Of a stretch of DNA of 64,000 nucleotides, positions 9,456-17,808 are shown piece after piece. The translations under genes were made by a program, and so were the position numbers. Source of the DNA: a virus; the IMG/VR virus record IMGVR_UViG_3300044529_000082, positions 8,299 through 72,298 of that record. The stretch is one strand, 5' to 3'. A model generated the notes under the pieces. It was not told the origin of the DNA, searched no databases, and was given only the letters and a program-made list of their open reading frames with translations. How positions within the stretch are numbered: position 1 is the first letter of the stretch; every line of letters begins with the position of its first letter.

Positions 9456-10772
9456 ATGAGCTTTTTCTGTGACGACCCTTCAGCAATTTCGGATATCGCA
9501 TCAAAAGATACGGACCGCATAGTCGGGGTCATTGGCAAAGCGTTGGCTGCGAACGCACCCTACATGAACGTAGTTTCCGGCGGGACTTTCCCGTCCGGCA
9601 CTTCTGACGCCATCCGCTCGGTGGTCCAGATGATGGCGGCCCCTGGCGACAGCTATGCGGTGCCGACCTTCGTTTGCGATACCGACATCTGCGGTCAGAA
9701 CGGCGTGCAGGATTTGACTGACACGGTCGAATTCACCCTGCGCCTCGAATCCTTCCGCGGCCGCGGCCCGAACATCTGCGTCAAGAAAGGCTACTCGGCC
9801 TTCAAAGGCAGCTATGTCATGGCCGAGGACTCGCTGAAGAAAAACGTGGTCCAGTATATCAACGCGGATATCCGCGCGCAGACTTACCTCCGCAGCGCGA
9901 GCAAGTTCACTGCGAACGCGCACTACGACTTCAACAGCCTTTTCACCGGCGGTCTCGAAACCGACCTGGGCGTCAAATTCGCGCCCCTGTTGCCTACCGG
10001 CCCGATGACCTTCAAGGCGTTGCACTACATCGCCCGCTATATGCGCGAGGTGCTTTTCGCCGAGTGGTATTCTCAGGACAAGGGCATGCCGCATTTCCGT
10101 TTCATCGGCGGCAGCGACCAAATCGAATACTTCCGCAATGAAGTCGGCGTCCAGAACGTGATGATTGGTTTGACGACTGGTGGTTACCAGCTCGGCGAAA
10201 CCACTCTCACCGCTTACAGCTTCGAGCAGAGCCCCGCTTACCGCGGCCTCGCGTTCGGCGTTGACCAGCGGCCTCTCCGCGCTTCCGGTTTCAATCCGGA
10301 CGGCACGCTGGCCCTGATTAACCCGGTTACCATCGTCAGCAACCCCGCTCGCGGCGTCGCTTTCGCCAAGCCTAATCCTACGTGGTTGACGGCCCCTTAC
10401 GAGGTCGGCACCCTTTTCGCGGACGGCGCTTTCGAGCGGCTCGTGCCCGAAAAGTATGTGGGCGAAGGCTCGTTCAAGTTCGCGCCCCAGTTGCACATGG
10501 GCGAGCTGGAATGGCATTACATCATGGACAACCAGTGTAACCAGTGGGGTGACTTCGGTTGGCATAAATACCAAATCACTCGCGCCTATCGGCCTCTGCG
10601 CCCGCAGCACATCGTCCCCATTCTGTATGGGCGTTGCACTGCCGACCTGGGTCTGGTTAGCTGCATCACCACGGATGCCAGCTCCTACAGCGGCGCATTC
10701 AACTACGTGCAGGTTGGCGTATGCGGTGACAACGAGTCGCCGGTTGTGGGTCCTGGCGTTCCGACGCTCTAA
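9456..10772 (+). CDS. Major capsid protein
   Basis: 438 aa, strong codon bias, own promoter motif and downstream terminator, head-module position. Confidence 0.75.
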   Translation: MSFFCDDPSAISDIASKDTDRIVGVIGKALAANAPYMNVVSGGTFPSGTSDAIRSVVQMMAAPGDSYAVPTFVCDTDICGQNGVQDLTDTVEFTLRLESFRGRGPNICVKKGYSAFKGSYVMAEDSLKKNVVQYINADIRAQTYLRSASKFTANAHYDFNSLFTGGLETDLGVKFAPLLPTGPMTFKALHYIARYMREVLFAEWYSQDKGMPHFRFIGGSDQIEYFRNEVGVQNVMIGLTTGGYQLGETTLTAYSFEQSPAYRGLAFGVDQRPLRASGFNPDGTLALINPVTIVSNPARGVAFAKPNPTWLTAPYEVGTLFADGAFERLVPEKYVGEGSFKFAPQLHMGELEWHYIMDNQCNQWGDFGWHKYQITRAYRPLRPQHIVPILYGRCTADLGLVSCITTDASSYSGAFNYVQVGVCGDNESPVVGPGVPTL

Positions 10773-10830
10773 TCCGGCACACATTACTTTGATGCTGTTT
10801 CTGACAGCATCGGGGTAGGGAACCAAAACA

Positions 10831-10862
10831 AAGGGCCGGGGCACTTAGGCCCCGGCCCTTTT
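10831..10862 (+). terminator. Rho-independent terminator after capsid gene
   Basis: aagggccggggc-actta-ggccccggcccttTT hairpin. Confidence 0.8.
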
Positions 10863-10881
10863 AGCTTAGGTAGAAAAATTT

Positions 10882-11754
10882 ATGGCCATTGACAATCTCA
10901 GTCCTGCGCAGGGGGACACACAGTATAATCTCCTCTGGAAGCTCTTGAAGGGCTTCTATACTGGCACTTTTAGCAGCGGAGGCGGCGGAGGGGGCGGCGG
11001 CGCGGTTACTATCGCGGATGGCGCGGACGTCGCAGTAGGCGCCACTACTGATAGCCCAGCAACCAATACGGCTCTCCCCGGAACTGTAATGGGATGGCTG
11101 AAGGGAATAAGTTTTCTCCTTCAATCCGGGTCTTTTGAGGTCAAGCAAGCGAGCGCCCCACAACTGAATGCTACAGTGGTCCAGGGCAACGGCGCGAATT
11201 TGAATGCTACGGTGGTTCAAGCCGCGGCGGCCAATCTGAATGCTACGGTAGTTCAAGCCACGGCGGCCAATCTGAACGCGACGGTTATCGGCAATGTCGG
11301 CGGCTACACCACGGTAATTAAAGACACCACTGCGGTTAGCACGTCCCCCGCTTACTCGGCGGGCGACGCGGTCGGCGCGAAGCGCACCATTGCAAACGCG
11401 GTGCGCACCCAAGGAACCGGGGTCCTCGAATCAGTAACTATTCTTGACCGGGCAAACCAGAAAGCGGGAATGACGCTTTTCATTTTTGACGCGGACCCTT
11501 CGGCGGCGACAATTACGGACAACGCGGCTTTCGTGTTTAGCACGGATGACGTGAAGGTGATTGCGCAAGTCAACATTGCATCCAGTGACTACGTCACTAC
11601 TAACAGCAAAGCAGTGGCCCAGAAAACCGGTCTCGGCGTCGCGTTGAAAGTCGCCAGTGGGACAACGCTATACGCGGCCCTCGTCACGACCGGAACGCCT
11701 ACGTTTGCGGCTACGACTGACGTGCAACTGGAATACGGGATACTCCAGGATTAA
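10882..11754 (+). CDS. Virion structural or decoration protein with 12-aa repeats
   Basis: 290 aa, poly-Gly linker, 4x (N/Q)LNATV repeats, beta-rich C-terminus. Confidence 0.55.
   Translation: MAIDNLSPAQGDTQYNLLWKLLKGFYTGTFSSGGGGGGGGAVTIADGADVAVGATTDSPATNTALPGTVMGWLKGISFLLQSGSFEVKQASAPQLNATVVQGNGANLNATVVQAAAANLNATVVQATAANLNATVIGNVGGYTTVIKDTTAVSTSPAYSAGDAVGAKRTIANAVRTQGTGVLESVTILDRANQKAGMTLFIFDADPSAATITDNAAFVFSTDDVKVIAQVNIASSDYVTTNSKAVAQKTGLGVALKVASGTTLYAALVTTGTPTFAATTDVQLEYGILQD
11161..11290 (+). repeat. 36-nt coding tandem repeat, about 3.5 units
   Basis: N-A-T codons at 11167, 11203, 11239 and 11275. Confidence 0.85.
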
Positions 11755-11978
11755 TGACAATTCAAGAGCATCATGTCCCCATAATTGCATCCGCGAATCT
11801 CGGCCTGGGTGGACTGTCCGTTCTGGTTTCTCAAATCGTCCCGCATCTTGCCACTATCGCGGTGCTGTTGCAGATAGCCGTGGCCGCGGTTTCGCTATGG
11901 CAGATGCTCAAGAAAAAATCGACCAATGAAAAAAACGTTCCCACAAATCCCGAAAGCCCGAAAACTAAATCCGATTGA
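11754..11978 (+). CDS. Putative holin / small membrane protein
   Basis: 74 aa, two hydrophobic segments, basic C-terminus, adjacent to the spanin-like gene. Confidence 0.5.
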   Translation: MTIQEHHVPIIASANLGLGGLSVLVSQIVPHLATIAVLLQIAVAAVSLWQMLKKKSTNEKNVPTNPESPKTKSD

Positions 11979-13170
11979 ATTGCGCGGTTCGACGGCTTGG
12001 CTAGGACTCACAAAAGGAAAGCGAACCCAGATAGACGCTGAAGACTTAGGTCGCGTAGCCGCCTTTCGGTGGAGCGTATCTTTGGCGGGTCCAGGAAAGC
12101 CTTACGCCAGGACGGCGTCCTCTGGCGAATCGATAGCGATGCATAGAATGCTGGCAGGAGCCTCTGCGGGAATGGACGTGGACCACATAAACGGAGATAC
12201 GTTAGACAATCGAAAAGAAAATCTTCGGGTGAGCACGCACGCAGAAAACTGCCGTAATCAAAAACCAAGAGCCGCGCATGGTCTCAAGGGGGTCTCGTTT
12301 AAGCCCGCCGATAGCTCAGGAAAGCCTTGGGCAGCCACTTTGCATCTGGGGCATTTTTCTACAAAAGAATTGGCAGCCAGGGCTTATGACAAGGCCGCCG
12401 TGTTTTTCTGTGGAAAATTTGCTAGATTGAATTATCCAATAGCACTAGGTATTCTAATGCTGGGACTTACTGGTTGCGGAATTTTGCCTAAACGTGTAGA
12501 ATTTTTTCAGGACAAGGTCCAGAGGTTTCCTGTCCCGGCATCTAAGCAAATAGAATTGCAGCGCGAGGTAGCGCGCAAGGCCAATGACAAGGCAGCGGAG
12601 ACCCTGCATCAAGCCATCAAAGAGAATTCGAGCCCCACGCTCTTGGTGCCCGCGGCAGAGACCGAGAAATTAACGGCTGCGGTAGCGGAATCAGTCGGCG
12701 CTCCTGCCAAATCACCGGCCAAGCTGGAAACGGACGCGCTAATCACCGACCTGCGCGCGCAGATGGCGAAGCTCGATAATAAGGTGACGGAGTTCGTGAA
12801 AGACAACAATGAAAACGCCGGAAAAAAGATTGAGGGAACGGGTCTGGTTCAAGTTCCTTATTTTGCTTGGACTGGCGGCATCCTGGTTTTTCTTCTTGTT
12901 GGCTGGTATATTCTGCGGACTGTGGCTGGGGCAGCCGCATTGGCCAACCCCGGAGCTGCCGTGGGTGTTGGTGCGATGAACGTCGCGGGCTCAGTTGTCA
13001 GCAAAGCTTTTCAGCAGGTTGTTAAAGGCGGCGAGGAGTTCAAGGACTGGGTAGGCAAGGAAATCAACGACCCGGCGCTAAAGCAAAAAGTTTTGGACGC
13101 GTTTACCGCCGCGCACAAGGAAACCCAGGACCAGGATGTTAAGAGCTTGGTGGACCACGTAATCAAATAA
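11926..13170 (+). CDS. HNH-AP2 endonuclease fused in-frame to a lipoprotein with C-terminal TM (unimolecular spanin-like)
   Basis: MHRML..VDHINGDTLDNRKENLR (HNH), LGHFSTKELAARAYDKAA..ARLNYP (AP2), then IALGILMLGLTGC lipobox, coiled coil and TM FAWTGGILVFLLVGWYIL. Confidence 0.75.
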   Translation: MKKTFPQIPKARKLNPIELRGSTAWLGLTKGKRTQIDAEDLGRVAAFRWSVSLAGPGKPYARTASSGESIAMHRMLAGASAGMDVDHINGDTLDNRKENLRVSTHAENCRNQKPRAAHGLKGVSFKPADSSGKPWAATLHLGHFSTKELAARAYDKAAVFFCGKFARLNYPIALGILMLGLTGCGILPKRVEFFQDKVQRFPVPASKQIELQREVARKANDKAAETLHQAIKENSSPTLLVPAAETEKLTAAVAESVGAPAKSPAKLETDALITDLRAQMAKLDNKVTEFVKDNNENAGKKIEGTGLVQVPYFAWTGGILVFLLVGWYILRTVAGAAALANPGAAVGVGAMNVAGSVVSKAFQQVVKGGEEFKDWVGKEINDPALKQKVLDAFTAAHKETQDQDVKSLVDHVIK

Positions 13171-13173
13171 TTT

Positions 13174-14298
13174 ATGCCTGACGGAAATAACTGCACGAGC
13201 TGCGGAGACGGGGACCAAAATCCCAATCCGCTAGACGCGTGCACGCGAAGCTTCATGGGCTGCGACAACCCGTGCGCCATAACGCAGCAGAACACGGTCG
13301 CGTGTGAGTCTCTTCCCTCGCGCGTCGAGAACTTCACGAAGAACTTTTTCGGCGATGTCATTCGAACCGAAGTAAACGGTCAGGTCATTTGGTCGTTGCC
13401 GTGCGGGCTCGATATCGGCCTGCCGAGCAACCCGCGCGGCGCGGACGAAGGGCTCGCGTGCTATTTTCTGCGGCTGTTCAATGACGGTATCGTGGGCCTC
13501 ACCGGTCCCGCCGGGGCAGCGGGGGCTCAAGGTCCGGCGGGCCACAACGCTTACACCGTCACGCTCCAGGGATTCAACACCCCGGCGGTCGGCGGAAGTG
13601 TAACGGTCTCGACATTCTACAATCCGGCCATGCTAGTGGGCGCCTACGTCCTAGTGGACACTTCGGGATGGTATATCATAACCGGCTCGAATGGCCTAGG
13701 CGTGCTCACTTTGCAACTCATTATCGCGGCGCCCGGCGCAGGATACACGACTGCGGGAAAGCTGGTCGTCCCCTCGGGGGCGCCCGGCCAGTCGATTACC
13801 GGCCCAAAAGGCGATATGGGAGATACCGGCCCGCGCGGCGGGGTCGGCCCGCAAGGCGCCACCGGCCCAAAGGGGGACACCGGTCCGGCCGGAGACAGCT
13901 TTCTCGCCAACAACGGCTATGTATCGGGCTCCGGCGGTAGCGACTTTAACATTCCGAACAACACATTTACCACGGTGAATTTTGGAACGGATTTCGGATT
14001 TGACACCACCGCGCAGGGAACATATTTTGTGATTACAACGTTCGGAGTCGTCAACGGTTCTGCGTCTCCGGCGACCGCGACGTTCCAGCTTTTCAATGCA
14101 ACCGACTCAATTTCGCATCCGGGCTCGCAGTCTCAGGTTTATTTGCTGGCCGGGGAAGAGGCTTCCGTGACTGTCACTGACTTAATCGCTCCTACAGGAA
14201 TAAATAAGCACATCGTATTGCAGGGGTCTTCGACAACGGCCGCAGCCAATTCAGTTGTCGCGGCGCACTCGGCGATGGTGCATTTCCAAATCGCGTAA
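13174..14298 (+). CDS. Collagen-repeat tail fibre protein 1
   Basis: Gly-X-Y runs (GPKGDMGDTGPRG...), Cys-rich N-terminus, beta-rich head. Confidence 0.7.
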   Translation: MPDGNNCTSCGDGDQNPNPLDACTRSFMGCDNPCAITQQNTVACESLPSRVENFTKNFFGDVIRTEVNGQVIWSLPCGLDIGLPSNPRGADEGLACYFLRLFNDGIVGLTGPAGAAGAQGPAGHNAYTVTLQGFNTPAVGGSVTVSTFYNPAMLVGAYVLVDTSGWYIITGSNGLGVLTLQLIIAAPGAGYTTAGKLVVPSGAPGQSITGPKGDMGDTGPRGGVGPQGATGPKGDTGPAGDSFLANNGYVSGSGGSDFNIPNNTFTTVNFGTDFGFDTTAQGTYFVITTFGVVNGSASPATATFQLFNATDSISHPGSQSQVYLLAGEEASVTVTDLIAPTGINKHIVLQGSSTTAAANSVVAAHSAMVHFQIA

Positions 14299-15453
14299 AT
14301 GAGCTGCAATCAAAATCCTCTTGACCCTTGCACTCGCAGCTTCATGCAATGCGATAATCCGTGCAACACTCACGAGCCGTGCAAGGAGTTGCTGCCGACC
14401 CAAATCGATACCTTTATCACGCAGTTTTTCGGGCAGCTTGGAAAGGCCAATTCAAACGGCTCTGTTGCATGGACGCTTCCCTGCGGATTAGACTCCGGCA
14501 CATCCGCGAATCCTCGGCAGGCAGGCGAGAGTTTGGCGTGCTATTTTCTCCGGCTCATGCAGGCCGGGCTGGCGGGAATCTCAGGTCTCCCAGGCGAGGA
14601 CGGGCAGGCGGGCGTCCCCGGACCGGACGCCTTCACCTACACGGAGCAGGATTTTTCTCAGCCCAGTGTAGCCAGTCCCTACTTATCGGTGAAGCTGCAT
14701 CCTTCCGCTTCGCTGGTAACCGGTCTATATGTGGAAATCGCCGGGTCGGGAATCTATCAGATTTTGAATCTCGCGGCGGACGGAACCGCGCTGCTTCAGC
14801 TCTTGACTGCGCTCGCCGCAGAGGGTTCTGTCATTCCTTCCGGCGCCACGGTCATAGCTTCCGGTTTTCCGGGCGTGCGTGTGCAAGGTCCACAAGGAGA
14901 AAAGGGCGACACCGGGCTTCAGGGGCCTCAAGGATTCATCGGCGCTACCGGGATAAAGGGCTCGCAGGGCGACCAAGGCGCCGAGGTTCCGTTAGTGAGT
15001 GGAAAATCGCTTTTTACTTCCGGCTCTTTTGTGGCCATTCCGAATACGGCTACCTGGGTCGCTCTGGCGTCTCCTCCTGATAGCCGATTTGTTGCGCCCA
15101 CCACAGATGCAGCGACGTATTTTGTCATATTCATATTGTTCCCCGGCTTGCTGGCCCAGGGAAGTTACCCTCCGGTCGCACACGGCGGTCTGCGGATGAA
15201 AATCAAGAAATTTGATGGAGCGGTCGAGGTCGGAGACGAAGACGGAACACTGCGCTACTGGGAATATAACACCACCCAGATACCGATGCCGTCTGAGTTC
15301 GTTTTGCAGATTTATCGACAGTGTGTTATTCCTTTTTTTGCGGTAAATAACGCCGGAGAATCTGGAAACTGGATACCCTACTATTATAGCGAGGTTACCG
15401 GTGATGGTTACGCTGGGTCTAGGGGGTCCATGGCAATCTGGTTTAAATTATGA
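14299..15453 (+). CDS. Collagen-repeat tail fibre protein 2, paralog of fibre 1
   Basis: Shares NPLDxCTRSFMxCDNPC, WxLPCGLD and LACYFLRL with fibre 1; Gly-X-Y runs; different C-terminus. Confidence 0.7.
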   Translation: MSCNQNPLDPCTRSFMQCDNPCNTHEPCKELLPTQIDTFITQFFGQLGKANSNGSVAWTLPCGLDSGTSANPRQAGESLACYFLRLMQAGLAGISGLPGEDGQAGVPGPDAFTYTEQDFSQPSVASPYLSVKLHPSASLVTGLYVEIAGSGIYQILNLAADGTALLQLLTALAAEGSVIPSGATVIASGFPGVRVQGPQGEKGDTGLQGPQGFIGATGIKGSQGDQGAEVPLVSGKSLFTSGSFVAIPNTATWVALASPPDSRFVAPTTDAATYFVIFILFPGLLAQGSYPPVAHGGLRMKIKKFDGAVEVGDEDGTLRYWEYNTTQIPMPSEFVLQIYRQCVIPFFAVNNAGESGNWIPYYYSEVTGDGYAGSRGSMAIWFKL

Positions 15454-15671
15454 GCGACCGAATGTCACAGAGCGTGGGAAAATGCACGCCAATAATTCGA
15501 GACACGAAAGCTGGGTATTCGAACGACCCGAGCGTCCCCGCGCCGCACGTTGGCGGTTTGTTGTCGCATGACTGCAAGCGGGAGCGCGGCGGGACAAAGA
15601 CGGCTGGGGTGAAGCCCTATGTCTTGACGGTCAAAAACATCGATAACGAGGAAATGTTGCCGCCTCTCTGA
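15450..15671 (+). CDS. Hypothetical protein
   Basis: 73 aa, ATGA overlap with the previous gene. Confidence 0.5.
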   Translation: MSDRMSQSVGKCTPIIRDTKAGYSNDPSVPAPHVGGLLSHDCKRERGGTKTAGVKPYVLTVKNIDNEEMLPPL

Positions 15672-15677
15672 TTTCCG

Positions 15678-15687
15678 GTAACTGTTA
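15678..15687 (+). promoter_or_regulatory. GTAACTGTTA motif
   Basis: 7 nt upstream of ATG at 15695. Confidence 0.55.
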
Positions 15688-15694
15688 ATAGCGT

Positions 15695-16138
15695 ATGAGT
15701 GAAATTGATTTAGGCGTGTCGGCAAAAGACAAATATGAAATTTCCAGCCCCACGGAAATGGGCAAGGAAAAGGTATATCCGTGCTTCCATTACTGCGGTC
15801 CGGTCGAGCTTGATTTGCCGGACGAGGGTGAAATGACAATTCGGTTTCGCAAGAAGCGCGAAGCGTCCTCAGTCGAGGAAGACGGTTCGCACTGGTATGA
15901 ATGCGACATCGAAGTCCGCAAAATGCTGGGAGTTGATGGCGAGGAACCGGAGGCGGACGAGGCTCCCGCCAAGAGCTACGACGAGGCCGGGGACGCCCTG
16001 GATTCTATTCGCGACCGGCTAGCAAAACATTTCGGCAAGGACGAAATCGAGGAAGAGCGGACCGGTGACGCGCTCGAAGAAATCAACGAAAAGTTGGCGG
16101 GATTGTTGGAGAACGAGAAAAACGAAAGCTCGGACTGA
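15695..16138 (+). CDS. Acidic hypothetical protein
   Basis: 147 aa, E/D-rich, preceded by the motif. Confidence 0.65.
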   Translation: MSEIDLGVSAKDKYEISSPTEMGKEKVYPCFHYCGPVELDLPDEGEMTIRFRKKREASSVEEDGSHWYECDIEVRKMLGVDGEEPEADEAPAKSYDEAGDALDSIRDRLAKHFGKDEIEEERTGDALEEINEKLAGLLENEKNESSD

Positions 16139-17151
16139 TGTTCATTCTGGACGATATTTGGGACGAGGCTAAGCACATTATGGGCTCTTGCCCAGACACG
16201 CGCCTGCTTCGCTGGCTCAGCGATGCCGTCGCGTTGACCGCCAACAAGGCGGACCTCGACGGTCTTCGTGGATACTTGGACATATGCACGGTCGGATGCA
16301 AGTGTGGCGGATGTGGCGCGCAGGGCAGCACGTGTAATTCTCCGGCTGGGTGTGGTCGGAAGTGCGTCACCCTCCCGCGCGAAGTCGAGACGGTCATAGG
16401 AATCCAAATTGGCGGGCAGCCGGTGCTTTTTCGTGGCGAGCTTTTCCAGTTCCATTTAAACGGGCCGGGAAGTTGCCGGACGATTTGCGAATGGGCCGCG
16501 GATGACCGCGGGCACAATTTCTGCACGCTGCGAGACATAATCACGCCGTCGAAGCTTGTCGCATATCTCGATACCGACGAGGATAACGGGAAAAAGCTGC
16601 TCGTTTATGGATTTGACAAGAGCGGCGGCAAACTGAAGCGGCAGGTAAACGGAAGCTGGGTCGATGGATATCAGGTGCCCACCGTTTACGGGGCCGCCAT
16701 CCCGGACGACACCGCGCCGGAGGTCGCGCGAATCACGAATATTTTCAAAGATAAGACAGTCGGTAATATGCGGTTGGCTACGGTGGACAGCTCCGGCACG
16801 ACCGGAATCAACCTCGGGATTTATGAACCCGACGAGCAGGTCCCAAATTATTGCAGGCTTCAATTGAACCGTAGCTGTAACTGGGTGCGGATTGCGTATC
16901 TGAAAACCAATCCGAATTTTCAGAGCCGGTATGACCACGTGCCGCTGCGGTCCCCGCGCTCTGTGCTTCTCGCGCTTCAGGCAATCAAGCACTATAGCGA
17001 GCGGGATTACGCTAACGCGCATCTGGTCGAAGCGGACGCTGCGCGGCTTGAAATCGAGGCCCAATTGAAGGCAGAACCTCCGACGTATAACCCCATCCAG
17101 GTGATTAACAATAGCTTACCTAGGGATTTTTACGACTACAGCATAGTTTAA
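16138..17151 (+). CDS. Probable head-tail adaptor / tail tubular protein A
   Basis: 337 aa preceding the large nozzle-like gene; contains a Cys-rich insert; called from synteny. Confidence 0.5.
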   Translation: MFILDDIWDEAKHIMGSCPDTRLLRWLSDAVALTANKADLDGLRGYLDICTVGCKCGGCGAQGSTCNSPAGCGRKCVTLPREVETVIGIQIGGQPVLFRGELFQFHLNGPGSCRTICEWAADDRGHNFCTLRDIITPSKLVAYLDTDEDNGKKLLVYGFDKSGGKLKRQVNGSWVDGYQVPTVYGAAIPDDTAPEVARITNIFKDKTVGNMRLATVDSSGTTGINLGIYEPDEQVPNYCRLQLNRSCNWVRIAYLKTNPNFQSRYDHVPLRSPRSVLLALQAIKHYSERDYANAHLVEADAARLEIEAQLKAEPPTYNPIQVINNSLPRDFYDYSIV

Positions 17152-17154
17152 CTA

Positions 17155-17808
17155 ATGATTACTTCACTGGACCAAACTTTGTTTTTTGCTTGGAATCTTT
17201 TGGGTCTAAAAGAAGACCCCAAAGGATTTGAAAAATTTTGTCATCGAATTAGACAAAATAGGACGCGAGAGTCTTGGAGTGAAGACCGGTGGCAGAAGCA
17301 TTTTAAACAAACTGAAATCTGGAATAAAAACAACCCGGAGCAGCGTAAAAAAATAGCCAGAAAAAGCGCGGCAGAGATTCGCGGTCCGGCCACAAGAGTG
17401 CCGTTGACTCCGGAAGAAAGAAAACAATATCGGCGCGATTATGAAAATATTCGTCGGAGAACAGACCTTAATTGGAAGATTAAAAAATACGTTACCACAG
17501 ATATTCTGCAAGCGTTAAAACGGACTAAAAGTAAAAAGCACGTCCGAACCGTCGCGCTTTTAGGATGTAGCATCGAAGAGTTTAAGCAAAAAATTGCATC
17601 GCAATTTACAGCCGCAATGTCTTGGAAAAATCACGGACCGGTTTGGCACCTTGACCATATTCGTCCGAAAAGGAGCTTTGATTTGAATGACCCCGCGCAG
17701 CAGGCTCAATGTTTTCATTGGTCGAATTGGCAATCGCTGAGCGCCTTCGAGAACCAAAGCAAGGGCGCGAAGTGGAACGGAGTTGACTGGAGGTTTCAGG
17801 ATGCCTGA
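17155..17808 (+). CDS. HNH homing endonuclease
   Basis: LLGCSIEEFK, MSWKNHG..WHLDHIRP..SFDL..CFHWSNWQSL..EN..KG; AT-richer than flanking genes. Confidence 0.8.
   Translation: MITSLDQTLFFAWNLLGLKEDPKGFEKFCHRIRQNRTRESWSEDRWQKHFKQTEIWNKNNPEQRKKIARKSAAEIRGPATRVPLTPEERKQYRRDYENIRRRTDLNWKIKKYVTTDILQALKRTKSKKHVRTVALLGCSIEEFKQKIASQFTAAMSWKNHGPVWHLDHIRPKRSFDLNDPAQQAQCFHWSNWQSLSAFENQSKGAKWNGVDWRFQDA

Noticed and set aside
9501-10844. 447-aa antisense ORF over the capsid gene, and other long antisense ORFs
   Set aside because: Shadow frames expected from strong codon bias in GC-rich genes; no recognisable motifs
11944-12438. Intein, group I intron or ribosomal bypass
   Set aside because: No Cys/Ser start or His-Asn end, no non-coding ribozyme sequence and no stop after the first CCA; the insert is wholly coding
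13174-15453. Diversity-generating retroelement acting on the fibres
   Set aside because: No reverse transcriptase and no TR/VR pair; similarity is N-terminal paralogy
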